A stretch of DNA of 61,131 nucleotides, the filler included, from Nitrospiraceae bacterium (GTDB taxonomy: Bacteria; Nitrospirota; Nitrospiria; Nitrospirales; Nitrospiraceae): NCBI GenBank assembly GCA_037442105.1. It is 4 parts of 4 records of this genome, joined end to end, with 100 filler letters (N's around TTAATTAATTAA, not from the genome) between each part and the next. Parts side by side here need not be neighbours in the genome. Positions count along the whole stretch, not along the records: positions 1 to 19,841 come from JBBIQV010000044.1; 3 more parts are not named here. One strand, given 5' to 3'. This document shows positions 1 to 9,864 of the stretch, in pieces; position 1 is the stretch's first letter, and the number at the start of each line of letters is the position of its first letter. The notes under the pieces are model-generated. The model had not been told where the DNA came from. It did not search any database and saw only the letters and a program-made list of their open reading frames with translations. The position numbers were made by a program, and so were the translations under genes.

Positions 1-1
1 G

Positions 2-1627
2 GCCATAGCCCCACATGCCCGCGACATAGTGGTGCGCCACGTGGCAGTGGAACAGGAACTCGCCCGCCAGGTGCTGACATTGCCCCGCGCCGCATTCCGG
101 CTCGAGGTCCAGCGCTTCGGACGGGCCGATGACTTCCACGTCCACGCGATCGGACTTGGTCCGGACAACCGGATACTTCACCGGCCCGTCCTGTCCCATT
201 GCCCAGAGATTATTCGGCTCCGTCCCAGGGCTCCGCTGCCACCGGATCGACCCGCTGTGGGGATGGTGGGAGTGGAACACTTCGGACCCACCGTGAACCA
301 GCCGCCACTTGGCCGGGTCGCCGAGATAGGCTCGCGGAATCGTCGTCGGCGTATCGCCGAAGGTATAGGCACTATACGCCAAGGATTCATCTTCAAAGCC
401 GAAGTACTCATGCTGCAGGTGCATCTGATCGATGCCGAACGGTTCGCTGCGATAGTTGATCGCCCGTCCACCCGGACGATAGGCGTCGGTCAACGGATCG
501 CGCTGCGGCAGGAAGTCGCCCTTCTTATTTAATGGGCGAAACGCCTCGTCCCCGACCTCGTGATAGAAAATCACGAACTCGCGGAAGTCCGGTCCGGACC
601 CGTTGTCGATCATCACTTGCCAGCCGCTCTTCGCCTCAGGCGCGGGACCGGTCCCCAGTGGATCGAGGTACCTGGAACCTTTCGGCTCGATCACGAAGGC
701 TCCGAACAATCCCAGCACCGTCAATTCACGGTCATTGCTGTAGGAATGGAACTGCCGCACCCCCTCCTGCATGTGGGGGTTGATGTACCACTCGAACTCC
801 TGCGACTTGCCCGGCGCCACGATGGAATCGGGATTGGTGGTTGTGGCCGGCTTGCCGGTCGCGCTCACGATCATGCTGGAGGCCGCGATAAAGAGGCTGC
901 CATCCTCGCCTTCCATCTGGTTGCGGAGCGTCAGCTTGACGCAATCGCCCTGGTTGGCGCGCAGGACCAACGGCTGAATGACGTCGCCTTGCAGACCGGT
1001 GGAGGCGGTGCCCGGATCAAAGCCTTCCTTCTCCCGTGCCGCTTTGTTCTTGGCTTCATCCGCGCGCACCTTGTCCACGTTCTCGGTCAGCACGTACATG
1101 TAGCCGGGATAGTAATCGAGCCACCGGTTCAACGTGATTTCCACGTTGATCATCGAGACGTCGTACTGTTTGGTCGGCGCGCCGGCCGGGCACTTGCCGC
1201 CTGTGAGCGACACCGGTTCACCCTTGGTCGCATCCGTCATAAGCAGGAAGCTGCTGCCATCCTGGCCCATGTACTGGTGCATCATGGACATGCCGTTGAA
1301 CGCACCGGACGTTTGCTGGGCCTTGGCATCCTGCTGCGCCTGCTGTTCGAGCTTCTGCATCAGACGATGGTGCTGCATTTCCATCTTCTCTGCATTGCCG
1401 GCGCGGCCTTCGATGGCGTTCTCCACCACCGTCTGGCCCTTTAATGCCTGCGTCCAGCCAGGCATCGAGACCGGAGACGCATGCCCCTCGTGGGACTGCT
1501 CTCCCGGCCCTGCGGCAAACAGCCATGGTGTTGCCACCAAGCTACTTGCCAGCACCGCCGCTTGCAGCGACAAGGCTGTCCGCTTGCGACGACGCTTGCA
1601 TTTAGGTTGAAGTAAGAAAGACCTCAT
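2..1627 (-). CDS. Large multicopper oxidase (MnxG/McoA-like), 5' part; runs off window start; absent from ORF track
   Basis: Manual translation from ATG 1627 (RBS AGGAGG upstream) gives an open frame with signal-like N-terminus MRSFLLQPKCKRRRKR..., the HSHHPH motif and the type-1 Cu motif HCHVAHHYVAGMWG at the window edge. Confidence 0.88.
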   Translation of the reverse strand, partial: MRSFLLQPKCKRRRKRTALSLQAAVLASSLVATPWLFAAGPGEQSHEGHASPVSMPGWTQALKGQTVVENAIEGRAGNAEKMEMQHHRLMQKLEQQAQQDAKAQQTSGAFNGMSMMHQYMGQDGSSFLLMTDATKGEPVSLTGGKCPAGAPTKQYDVSMINVEITLNRWLDYYPGYMYVLTENVDKVRADEAKNKAAREKEGFDPGTASTGLQGDVIQPLVLRANQGDCVKLTLRNQMEGEDGSLFIAASSMIVSATGKPATTTNPDSIVAPGKSQEFEWYINPHMQEGVRQFHSYSNDRELTVLGLFGAFVIEPKGSRYLDPLGTGPAPEAKSGWQVMIDNGSGPDFREFVIFYHEVGDEAFRPLNKKGDFLPQRDPLTDAYRPGGRAINYRSEPFGIDQMHLQHEYFGFEDESLAYSAYTFGDTPTTIPRAYLGDPAKWRLVHGGSEVFHSHHPHSGSIRWQRSPGTEPNNLWAMGQDGPVKYPVVRTKSDRVDVEVIGPSEALDLEPECGAGQCQHLAGEFLFHCHVAHHYVAGMWGYG

Positions 1628-1781
1628 ATAGCGGCCTCCTCCCTTATTAATAATACCCGCCTCCATCGGCGGTTGGTTGAAATGAACTTGAGCTTTCAGC
1701 TATTAGCCATCAGCTTTGAGCTTTTGATCTTCTGCTGAGAGCCGACCGCTGATAGCTTCCTACTCTCCCCGGCCGTTACGA

Positions 1782-1873
1782 GAAAAGAGCTGGTGAAGGA
1801 TCCCTCTTTGCAGAGGGGAGGGTTATTCGGAGGCCGGTCCAAAATTACCCAGACCTTCACCAGCGGCTTTTTC
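1782..1873 (-). ncRNA. Candidate structured leader/sRNA (3-way junction) between the sigma54 promoter and the MCO gene
   Basis: Closing stem GCTGGTGAAGG/CCTTCACCAGC encloses two hairpins (GGGTAATTTTGGA/TCCGAATAACCC; CCCTCT-GCAA-AGAGGG) and is followed by TCTTTTCT. Confidence 0.4.
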
Positions 1874-1877
1874 TGAG

Positions 1878-1894
1878 CGCAATCGATATGCCGA
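1878..1894 (-). promoter_or_regulatory. sigma54 (-24/-12) promoter for the multicopper oxidase
   Basis: Minus strand TCGGCATATCGATTGCG = GG-N10-GC. Confidence 0.75.
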
Positions 1895-2058
1895 TCTAGA
1901 GAAATGTGACAAGTTGCTCAGTTTGTCTTTGTGAACCAACCAGTTAGTTGATTCTATAGGTAGTGAATACCTTCCAGCTTGAAAGGACAACTTTCCACTA
2001 AATTAGACGCTCCAATCGAAGCGCTTAGATCATTATTCAATAATTCAAATACTTATAA

Positions 2059-2076
2059 TGTCTAAGCCATTAGACA
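2059..2076. promoter_or_regulatory. Putative enhancer (UAS) palindrome
   Basis: Perfect inverted repeat TGTCTAA-GCCA-TTAGACA about 170 bp upstream of the -24 element; IHF-like sequence near 1934-1953. Confidence 0.55.
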
Positions 2077-2173
2077 GCGGGCCATTCGATTTGGGGAAAA
2101 ATGGGGCAACGGCAGCCATGTGGACAGCTCCAGTGTGGCCTGTCTCAAGAATAAACGATGGATGATGGATGAC

Positions 2174-3577
2174 CTACTCGATCCGGTAGTCGCGCAGCTT
2201 ATTGTAAAGACTTGCGCGACTGATCTTGAGGAGTTTGGCCGCCTTCGCTCGATTGCCGTTCGCTTGTCGGAGGGCTTGAAGAATGCGCGCGCTTTCCGCT
2301 TGTTGGGCCGCGCCCCGTGCCACGGTGCGAAGATCGTCGGCCTCTGAATGAGTCCTCCTGGCCATAATGTCTTTGCACGTCAGGTCGGGACCGCTGGTCG
2401 TGACGACGGCACGTTCGATGTAATGTTGCAGCTCACGGACGTTGCCCGGCCACGCCGCCTGCATGAGCGCATGCATGACATCCTCCGCTACCTTCCGAGC
2501 AGGTTGGCGATGCCGCTGACAAGAGACCGTGACGAAATGCGATACAAGTAGCGGGATGTCCTCCTTCCGCTCGCGCAGAGGCGGAAGATACAACGGCAAC
2601 ACGGCCAGGCGGTAGTAGAGATCTTGTCGAAACGCCTTGACCTTAACCAACTCGACGAGGTCCGTGTTTGTCGCAGAAATGACGCGGACATCTATCTTGA
2701 TCGGCTGATTGCCGCCGACTCGTTTGATTTCTCCTTCCTGAAGTACCCGCAGCAGCTTGGCTTGGAAGGTGGGCGTCGTATCGGCGATTTCGTCCAGGAA
2801 AATCGTGCCGCCATCCGCTTCTTCGAACAGTCCGCGCTTTGACGAAATGGCGCTCGTAAAGGATCCCTTCAGATGCCCGAACAGCTCGCTCTCGAGGAGG
2901 GTCTCCGGCAGGGAACCGCAATCCACTACCACGAAAGGCTTGCCTCGCCGATAACTGAGCTGGTGAATGGTCTTGGCGACAAGCTCTTTGCCCGTCCCAC
3001 TCTCGCCTTGAATCAACACCGTGGCCTGACTGTCCGCCACCAGCTTGATCATCTCGAACAACTGCCGCATCGGCTGGCTCCGACCGATCAGTTCACCGAG
3101 TCTCGACTCTTCCGTCGCTTGCGAGGCTGTTTCAGAAGGCGCTGCGACCGATACCTTGGCCGGCTGAGCGGCAACCGCCTTCCCCTTGAACAGGACAAGC
3201 ACCGAGGTCGGCGCTCCTTCGCTCGACATCAGGGCATGGGCTTGATGCATGCCGCACGCAGTGCCATCACCAGCCCCCGAGCAAGAGACGCATCGAACCT
3301 CTTTCGACTCGAATACTTTCGTTGCGGGGCACGTTCCGCAGGGATCCGTGCGGTTCATGAAGGCTTCATAGCACTTTGCCGTGCGACTGCGCGCATCCTT
3401 GTGCGGGGAATCGGACCAGGCAGCCTGATTGGCGTAGATCACGCTGAGGTTGCGATCGAGGACCGCGACTCTCTCGCTCAAACCGTCCGCCAGCAGCTTC
3501 AACGCTTCAAGGCGTGCCGCAAGAATAGGATCGGTGAACGGTTGGAACGGAGCAAATACCGACTGAGACCCGGCCAT
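2174..3577 (-). CDS. sigma54-dependent Fis-family activator with Cys-rich PAS-like N-terminus
   Basis: GESGTGKE, GSFTSA (GAFTGA variant), FLDEI, WPGNVREL, C-terminal HTH; N-terminal CYE..DPCGTCP..CVSC..CGMH. Confidence 0.93.
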   Translation of the reverse strand: MAGSQSVFAPFQPFTDPILAARLEALKLLADGLSERVAVLDRNLSVIYANQAAWSDSPHKDARSRTAKCYEAFMNRTDPCGTCPATKVFESKEVRCVSCSGAGDGTACGMHQAHALMSSEGAPTSVLVLFKGKAVAAQPAKVSVAAPSETASQATEESRLGELIGRSQPMRQLFEMIKLVADSQATVLIQGESGTGKELVAKTIHQLSYRRGKPFVVVDCGSLPETLLESELFGHLKGSFTSAISSKRGLFEEADGGTIFLDEIADTTPTFQAKLLRVLQEGEIKRVGGNQPIKIDVRVISATNTDLVELVKVKAFRQDLYYRLAVLPLYLPPLRERKEDIPLLVSHFVTVSCQRHRQPARKVAEDVMHALMQAAWPGNVRELQHYIERAVVTTSGPDLTCKDIMARRTHSEADDLRTVARGAAQQAESARILQALRQANGNRAKAAKLLKISRASLYNKLRDYRIE

Positions 3578-3711
3578 CTCGAGGATTCTCCCTCACGGCT
3601 CTTGGATACCGGCGCAGGCCGGACCGGACTCTACTGTGCCTCATTCCGGTGGCGTTCTGCAATTGGTGAATTGCTGTAACGCCGGAGCCCGGTGGGGTCC
3701 ATTCCCACCTG

Positions 3712-4110
3712 TTAGTTTTTTACCTGGGAACCGTTGCCATGGTGATCTAACAACTGCTTAATCCTCGCTTTCAGATCCGAAATATGGACGGGCTTATCGA
3801 AATATGCCGTCGCGCCGCATTCCAACGCGGCCTTTTTTGTCTTCGTATCTCCGAATGAGGTCATCAGGATGATCGGACAGCGCGGCGCAAAGGTCCTGAG
3901 CCGACTCACATAGTCCAGCCCGCCGGCCGGCATCTTGAGATCGGTAATAATGAGATCAGGCACCGATTGCATGACGGAGCCCAGCGCCTCATCCCCATTC
4001 GCAGCTTCGCGCAGTTGATAACCTTCCCCCCAGAGTTCATCACACAAGAGACTGAGCATGTCTTTGTCGTCTTCCACCACAAGGAGCACGGCTGGTTTGT
4101 TCCCATCCAT
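3712..4110 (-). CDS. Single-domain response regulator (receiver)
   Basis: LVVEDD...DLIITDLKMP...MTSFG...YFDKP; start moved to 4110 because the sigma54 promoter overlaps the longer ORF. Confidence 0.9.
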   Translation of the reverse strand: MDGNKPAVLLVVEDDKDMLSLLCDELWGEGYQLREAANGDEALGSVMQSVPDLIITDLKMPAGGLDYVSRLRTFAPRCPIILMTSFGDTKTKKAALECGATAYFDKPVHISDLKARIKQLLDHHGNGSQVKN

Positions 4111-4154
4111 AGTCGGCGCCTCCGCACAAGTACACAACCTGAGACCTTTTCTAG

Positions 4155-4170
4155 CGCAAACCACATGCCA
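4155..4170 (-). promoter_or_regulatory. sigma54 promoter for the response regulator (and probably the downstream activator)
   Basis: Minus strand TGGCATGTGGTTTGCG, close to the TGGCAC-N5-TTGC consensus. Confidence 0.8.
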
Positions 4171-4414
4171 GTGAAATGCACAACCGCTTCCTCATGCCTC
4201 CATTGAAATTTCCTCAGAATTCCACAGGCAAGGCGCCCAAGAACGACGCAAGATCGGTAGGCACTGGCGAGAAAGACCCCACTCCGAGAGAGACTGCTGT
4301 TGCCTAGTGCTACAGGATAAATTGATAGCGAATAGCGGCAGCAGGTAGCACCCAGCTTCACGCCGAACGTTGTTTACTCTTTGCTATTAGCCCACAGTAG
4401 CTGTTCGCTATGTG

Positions 4415-7400
4415 CTACGAATTTGGCTGATGAACCGGCAAATGGAGGGTAAAGGTCGTGCCGGTGCCGACTTGGCTCTCGACCGTGATCGAGCCACCGT
4501 GTTCTTCCAGAATGCCCTTTACAACGGTCAATCCCAATCCGGTACCTTTGCCGAACTCTTTGGTGGTGAAGAAGGGATCAAATATCTGGGAGAGGTGTTC
4601 CGGGGGAATGCCGTGGCCGGTATCAGCCACGGTCAGTCTCACTCGCTCATCCTCGTGAGTGAGACCAACACGCAGCGTCCCGCCATCCGGCATGGCATGA
4701 ACCGCGTTCATCACCAGATTGATCAAGATCTGACTCATTTGGTCCTGATCGACATGGGCCATCGGGCAAGCGTCCCCGAAAGTTTTTTCCACCGTAATCC
4801 CGTGCCGCGCAAGACGTTCCTGGAAGATTTCCAGATTGTCCTCGATCGTCTTCTTCAGATCGACCGCGCGACGTTCGATCGGCCGCCGTCTCGCGAAGGC
4901 CAACAACTGGTTCATGACCCTGGTAATGCGCTCGACCTGCGCGACGATGGTCCGGAGACTCTTCTTGATCACTTCATCATTCGTGCGCTGGATGAGATAT
5001 TCGGCGCGCCCTTGGATGACGTTCATCGGCGTCCCGATCTCATGGGCCATCCCGGAGGCCAGAGTACCGAGCTCGGCCAGCCGCTCGGCCCTTTTCAACT
5101 GTTCCTGAATCCGTTTCCGCTCGCTGATGTCTCTGAGTACCACGAGAATGCCCACTCCCTCCTGGTCGCTGAAGCGAGCGGCCGCCACCTCGACATCCAC
5201 CACGGTGCCATCCAACCGGACACACTGTTCTTCTATGAGAGGAACGGTTTTACTTCCCTCGATAAGCCGGTGAATACGCTCTTTCGCAGCGCCATGATAG
5301 TCCGGATGGATGAAGTCGAGCGGAGACCGGCCGATAATTTGATCGGCCTTCGTGGCACCAAAGAGTTTCACGCCTTGATCATTGATGAAGACGATCCGGT
5401 CCCCCCGGTTCACGAAAATGACGTCCGGCGACACCTCGACGAGCCGGCGATACCGCTGTTCGCTTTGTTTCAACAACCGCTCCGCTCGTTTGCGTTCGGT
5501 GATGTCTTTGACGATCGCCGCCAAACCGGCAGGTTTCCCCTCATCTCCTTTAATCATGAAGACCGTGAGCGTCACCGGAACCGTGGACCCATCTTTGCGG
5601 ATATACTCCCTTTCGTACTCAGCAGGTTCGCCCGTCTGCAGAACTCTTGCAATCACTTGGGCCTGGACAGGGCGATACTCATCCGGCGTCATTTCCAGGC
5701 AGTGCTCGGTCAGCAGTTCTTCTCGCGTGTAGCCGGTCAACTTGGCAAAGGCTTCATTGACCAGCACCCATTTGCCGTCCAGCGAGGCATACCCGATCGC
5801 ATCTTTCGACGACTCAAAGATATCCTGAAACCGATCCTGCGCTTCTTTCAGCGCAGCCTCCGCCTGTTTGCGGGGCGTGATATCGGTAATGAACCCTTCA
5901 ATCGCGAGCAATTCGCCGGTCGCTGTATACACGCCTTGCGCTTGATCCCATACCCACTTTTCCCCTCCGCTCGCCGTGCGAATGCGATACTCGGAGCTGC
6001 AGGGTCGTTTCTCCGCCAGACCCCGCTGGCACAGATCCCACACCCACTCCCGATCGTCTTTGTGAATCAGCTCCCCGAATGACAGCCGGCGGTTATTGAT
6101 GAGGTCTGACGGAGGATAACCGGTTAATGCCGAACAACCCTCGCTCACAAACTCCATCGTCCAATCTTTATCATTGCGGCAGCGATAGGCCATGCCGGAC
6201 AAGTTCGAGAGCAAGGTTTTGTGGACCCGTTCACTTTCCCGCAGCGCTTCCTCGGCTCGCTTCTGTTCCGTGACATCCAAAATCGTGCCGGCCAGCCGGA
6301 GTGGGCGCCCGGTGTCGTCACGAAAGACCTCGCCACGACAATGCACGACGCGAACGTCGCCATCGGGCCGGACGATCCGGCACTCCGTATCGTACGGATG
6401 GTCCAAGTTCAAGGCGGCATTGACCGCCGTTAACACCCGGTCGCGATCGTCGGCGTGCACCGCGTTGATGAAGGCATCATAGGACGGCGTGATCGCCTGC
6501 GGCTCGTAGCCGAAGATCCGAAACTGTTCATCCGACCAGTCTTCTGCGCCGGTTCGAATATCCCAATTCCAATTCCCAAGATGGGCCATAGCCTGGGCGG
6601 CGCGCAAACTGCTTTCCTTTTCCTTCAAGACGTCTTCGAACCGTTGGCGTTGAGAGATATCGCGCAAGATGACGGTGAAGTATTTCTTCCCCTCGACTCC
6701 GACTTGAGAAACCGCGGCTTCGATAGGAAATTCCTTTCCGTCCGCCCTGATTCCCGTGATGGTGCCGAGCGCCCCCATTTTGCGGCTGGTCAATCCGGAC
6801 GCCCCGAACGCAGCAATGTGCCGGCGGTGGGCGTCACGAAAGCGCTGAGGGATGAAACGATCCAGGGACTGGCCGATCGCCTGCTCCGCCCGACATTCAA
6901 ACATTTGCTCCGCCGCCTGATTGAACAGCACCACTCGTTGCTCACCATCCACCGTGATGATGGCATCCATGGCCGACCGGACAATGCCTTCCAAGCTGAG
7001 CTTCGTGACCACGAGTTGTTCTTCGACCTCACGCCGGCCGGTCACGGCCCCCCGCATGGTCGCTTCCGCCTGCGTGCGGGCTTCGACCGCCGCTTGCTGC
7101 GCGATGTTCGCCTGCTCGCGCGCGGCTTGGGCGACCGTCAAGTCTTTCACCGCCTGCTCGCGGCCTGCCTCCGCCGCAATCAGACCCGCGCGCGCTTTCC
7201 GGCGACCGACCATCGCGAGCGCGAACGCCCACATGAGACACAACCCCAGCACCCGATTGATCAGCGCGTTCATCGGTGCCATCCCGGCCGGTGAAAGGAA
7301 ATAGCCGATCACGATCAAGGCGCTGGCCAACACGGAGAAATACAAGGGATCTCGTTCGCGCGGGGATGAGAGGGTCAACGCCAAGGGGAAGCCATAGAGC

Positions 7401-7489
7401 AGCCACACGGTCACGCCCAAGGGAGTCAGGAGATCGAGGACGAAGATACCCAGCGTGAGGAGAACGATGCTCCCGTACTCGAACAACAC
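4415..7489 (-). CDS. Membrane-anchored multi-PAS sensor histidine kinase
   Basis: N-terminal TM helices, about five PAS/PAC repeats, H-box MAHEIGTPM, N/G boxes, FFTTK, GTGLGL. Confidence 0.95.
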   Translation of the reverse strand: MLFEYGSIVLLTLGIFVLDLLTPLGVTVWLLYGFPLALTLSSPRERDPLYFSVLASALIVIGYFLSPAGMAPMNALINRVLGLCLMWAFALAMVGRRKARAGLIAAEAGREQAVKDLTVAQAAREQANIAQQAAVEARTQAEATMRGAVTGRREVEEQLVVTKLSLEGIVRSAMDAIITVDGEQRVVLFNQAAEQMFECRAEQAIGQSLDRFIPQRFRDAHRRHIAAFGASGLTSRKMGALGTITGIRADGKEFPIEAAVSQVGVEGKKYFTVILRDISQRQRFEDVLKEKESSLRAAQAMAHLGNWNWDIRTGAEDWSDEQFRIFGYEPQAITPSYDAFINAVHADDRDRVLTAVNAALNLDHPYDTECRIVRPDGDVRVVHCRGEVFRDDTGRPLRLAGTILDVTEQKRAEEALRESERVHKTLLSNLSGMAYRCRNDKDWTMEFVSEGCSALTGYPPSDLINNRRLSFGELIHKDDREWVWDLCQRGLAEKRPCSSEYRIRTASGGEKWVWDQAQGVYTATGELLAIEGFITDITPRKQAEAALKEAQDRFQDIFESSKDAIGYASLDGKWVLVNEAFAKLTGYTREELLTEHCLEMTPDEYRPVQAQVIARVLQTGEPAEYEREYIRKDGSTVPVTLTVFMIKGDEGKPAGLAAIVKDITERKRAERLLKQSEQRYRRLVEVSPDVIFVNRGDRIVFINDQGVKLFGATKADQIIGRSPLDFIHPDYHGAAKERIHRLIEGSKTVPLIEEQCVRLDGTVVDVEVAAARFSDQEGVGILVVLRDISERKRIQEQLKRAERLAELGTLASGMAHEIGTPMNVIQGRAEYLIQRTNDEVIKKSLRTIVAQVERITRVMNQLLAFARRRPIERRAVDLKKTIEDNLEIFQERLARHGITVEKTFGDACPMAHVDQDQMSQILINLVMNAVHAMPDGGTLRVGLTHEDERVRLTVADTGHGIPPEHLSQIFDPFFTTKEFGKGTGLGLTVVKGILEEHGGSITVESQVGTGTTFTLHLPVHQPNS

Positions 7490-7514
7490 GATTTTGTCGT
7501 CGCGCGACGGAATG

Positions 7515-8894
7515 TCAGTCCTCCTGATGCGGTTTGCCTTCGATCTCGCCGAGCTTGCGGTAGAGGGTTTTGCGGTCGATCCCGAGGATCTGTGCGGCCT
7601 GGTACTTGTTACCGCCGGTCTTGTCCAGAATCTTTATGATGTATTCCTTCTCGACCTCATGCAGCGGCAGCGTTCGTTCCGCCGCTTCATCCAACACGCG
7701 CCGTTCACCGCGCGCGCCTTGAATCGCCGGCGGCAAATCTTCGAGAACGATCTTTTCGCCGCGGCTCAGGGTCACCGCTCGCTCGATGACGTTCTCCAAT
7801 TCACGGACATTGCCCGGCCACTGATAATCCACCAGCATCGCCAAGGCGGACTCGCCGACGCCCTTCACGTGTTTGCCGCGAGCCTCCGCGCACTTTTTCA
7901 GAAACGCTTCCACCAAGAGGGGGATGTCTTCCCGCCGCTCGCGCAGCGGCGGGAGCCGCAGCTCGATCACGTTGAGCCGATAGTACAGATCCTCCCGGAA
8001 CCGCTTCGCCTTGACCTCTTCTGCAAGAATGAGGTTGGTCGCGGCCATGATCCGTACGTCGACCGGAATCGGTTTGGTCGCCCCCACGCGCCGGATTTCT
8101 TTTTCCTGAATGGCGCGCAGTAACTTGGCTTGCAACATCAGCGGCAACTCGCTGATCTCGTCCAGAAAGAGCGTCCCCTTCTGCGCTTCCTCGAAAAGAC
8201 CGCGCTTGTCCATCTTCGCATCGGTGAACGCCCCTCGCACATGTCCGAACAGCTCGCTCTCCAAGAGCATGTCCGGAATGGCCGCGCAGTTCACCGGCAC
8301 GAAAGGCGCATTGCGCCGGTCGCTGTTGTAGTGGATGGCTTTGGCGACTAACTCTTTGCCGGTACCGCTCTCACCGGTGATGAGCACGTTTGTCGGACTA
8401 TCCGCCACACGGCGAATGAGATCAAACACATCCAGCATCGGCTTACTCTTGCCCAAGATCTGATGGAAGCTGTACTCCTTGTGAATTTCTCGCCGGAGCC
8501 GGCTGACCTCGCGTCGCAACGCCGCTTCGCGAATGACCCGTTCTACCACGCGTACCATTTCGTCCGTCTTCACCGGCTTGGTGAGGTAGTCGCTGGCTCC
8601 ATGCTTCATGGCTTCAACGGCTGTTTCAACCGAGCCAAACGCGGTCATCAGGACGACGCCGATATCGGGGTAGGCCCGCTTCACTTCCGACAGCAACTCG
8701 AGTCCCTGCATCCCCTTCATCCGAAGATCGGTTATCACGACTGCATAATCCTCTTCGCTCAGTTGTCGCAACGCTTCCTGTCCGCTTCCGGCAATCGTCA
8801 CTTGATGCCCTCGGTCCTTGAGCACATCATGGACGAGCTCCCGCATCTCCGCATCGTCATCAACCACTAATATTGCTCCCCATTCTTCAGTCAT
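7515..8894 (-). CDS. NtrC/AtoC-type sigma54 response regulator
   Basis: Receiver (ILVVDDD, TDLRM, KP), GESGTGKE, GAFTDA, WPGNVREL, Fis HTH; true start MTEEWG at 8894. Confidence 0.95.
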   Translation of the reverse strand: MTEEWGAILVVDDDAEMRELVHDVLKDRGHQVTIAGSGQEALRQLSEEDYAVVITDLRMKGMQGLELLSEVKRAYPDIGVVLMTAFGSVETAVEAMKHGASDYLTKPVKTDEMVRVVERVIREAALRREVSRLRREIHKEYSFHQILGKSKPMLDVFDLIRRVADSPTNVLITGESGTGKELVAKAIHYNSDRRNAPFVPVNCAAIPDMLLESELFGHVRGAFTDAKMDKRGLFEEAQKGTLFLDEISELPLMLQAKLLRAIQEKEIRRVGATKPIPVDVRIMAATNLILAEEVKAKRFREDLYYRLNVIELRLPPLRERREDIPLLVEAFLKKCAEARGKHVKGVGESALAMLVDYQWPGNVRELENVIERAVTLSRGEKIVLEDLPPAIQGARGERRVLDEAAERTLPLHEVEKEYIIKILDKTGGNKYQAAQILGIDRKTLYRKLGEIEGKPHQED

Positions 8895-8963
8895 ACGACG
8901 CTCCGTTGTTCCGCGCACGCGCCCGTCTCGCCCCCTCCACCCTTCTCCTCCTCCGTGCTTAGG

Positions 8964-9063
8964 NNNNNNNNNNNNNNNNNNNNNNNNNNNNNNNNNNNNN
9001 NNNNNNNNNNNNNNNNNNNNNNNNNNNNNNNNNNNNNNNNNNNNNNNNNNNNNNNNNNNNNNN
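8964..9063. other. Scaffold gap (100 N)
   Basis: Run of N. Confidence 0.99.
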
Positions 9064-9248
9064 AGGCGCGGCGAACCGTCATGAAATAATGCGGGCCGGA
9101 CAATGACAGTAGACGCGTTCATGAGTGATCCGGATTGGGTTCGGTAGCATCAGCCTAGAGAGTTACGCGTGGAGGGTCAAGGGGTCGGCGGATACCAGAC
9201 CATCACTATGATGCTTCGCACATTGACTCATGACGCGCCTTGCTACCC

Positions 9249-9285
9249 TTGACAGCCTCTGGGAGCGTATGTGACCATTGGTCAC
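9249..9285 (+). promoter_or_regulatory. sigma70-like promoter with overlapping perfect palindrome (putative operator) of the LexA-like gene
   Basis: TTGACA at 9249-9254; GTGACCA-T-TGGTCAC at 9271-9285 covers the expected -10 region and ends 2 nt before the ATG. Confidence 0.65.
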
Positions 9286-9287
9286 CT

Positions 9288-9830
9288 ATGCGCCCGACCG
9301 AATTTCGTCAGACCCGTCAGCTCCTCTGCCTCACGCAGGCTGAACTCGCCGAGAAGCTGAACACCACGCGCCGGTCAATCATTCGCTACGAAGACGGAAG
9401 CCGCCGGATTCCTGGCATGGCGGAAGTAGCCTTACAGTCCCTGGCCACAGCGCAGGTGCAGATGGCCGGGGTGGTAGCGGCTGGGGAACCCATCGAACCC
9501 ATCCCACAGACCGAACGAGTGGAGGTCCCCAAGAGCATGGTCGGTCGTGGCGAGACCTTTGCTCTGCGCGTCAAGGGTGAGTCCATGCGGGATGAAGGGA
9601 TTCTGCCCGGTGACGTGGTCGTCGTGCAGAAACAGGCCACCGCCCGGAACGGCCAGACGGTCATTGCCCTCGTGAACGGGGAGGCGACGATCAAGACCTA
9701 CCATCGCAAGGGCGGCATGGTCGAGCTTCAGCCGGCCAACGAAACTATGCAGCCGATCGTCGTCAAAAAGAACGATACCTTCCACATCGAGGGCATCGTC
9801 GTGGGCGTGATCCGTCATCTGAAGAAGTAG
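9288..9830 (+). CDS. lexA: LexA-like repressor: XRE-type HTH fused to S24 autoproteolytic domain
   Basis: LTQAELAEKLNTTRRSIIRYE (HTH_3), VAAG cleavage site, FALRVKGESM (Ser), ATIK (Lys). Confidence 0.85.
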   Translation: MRPTEFRQTRQLLCLTQAELAEKLNTTRRSIIRYEDGSRRIPGMAEVALQSLATAQVQMAGVVAAGEPIEPIPQTERVEVPKSMVGRGETFALRVKGESMRDEGILPGDVVVVQKQATARNGQTVIALVNGEATIKTYHRKGGMVELQPANETMQPIVVKKNDTFHIEGIVVGVIRHLKK

Positions 9831-9864
9831 GTCCTGTCTCACGAATGATTATTGAGCTGCACCA

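Noticed and set aside
29..1444. Plus-strand ORFs 29-532 and 560-1444
   Set aside because: Antisense shadows of the multicopper oxidase
1782..1873. yybP-ykoY Mn riboswitch
   Set aside because: AGACCTT and GGGGAG-like words are on the antisense strand and not in the canonical arrangement
4412..6082. 556-aa plus-strand ORF
   Set aside because: Antisense to the histidine kinase; no motifs
8895..9122. N-terminal extension of the NtrC ORF across the gap
   Set aside because: Artefact of reading through 100 Ns; the 9064-9122 piece is probably the start of a different gene
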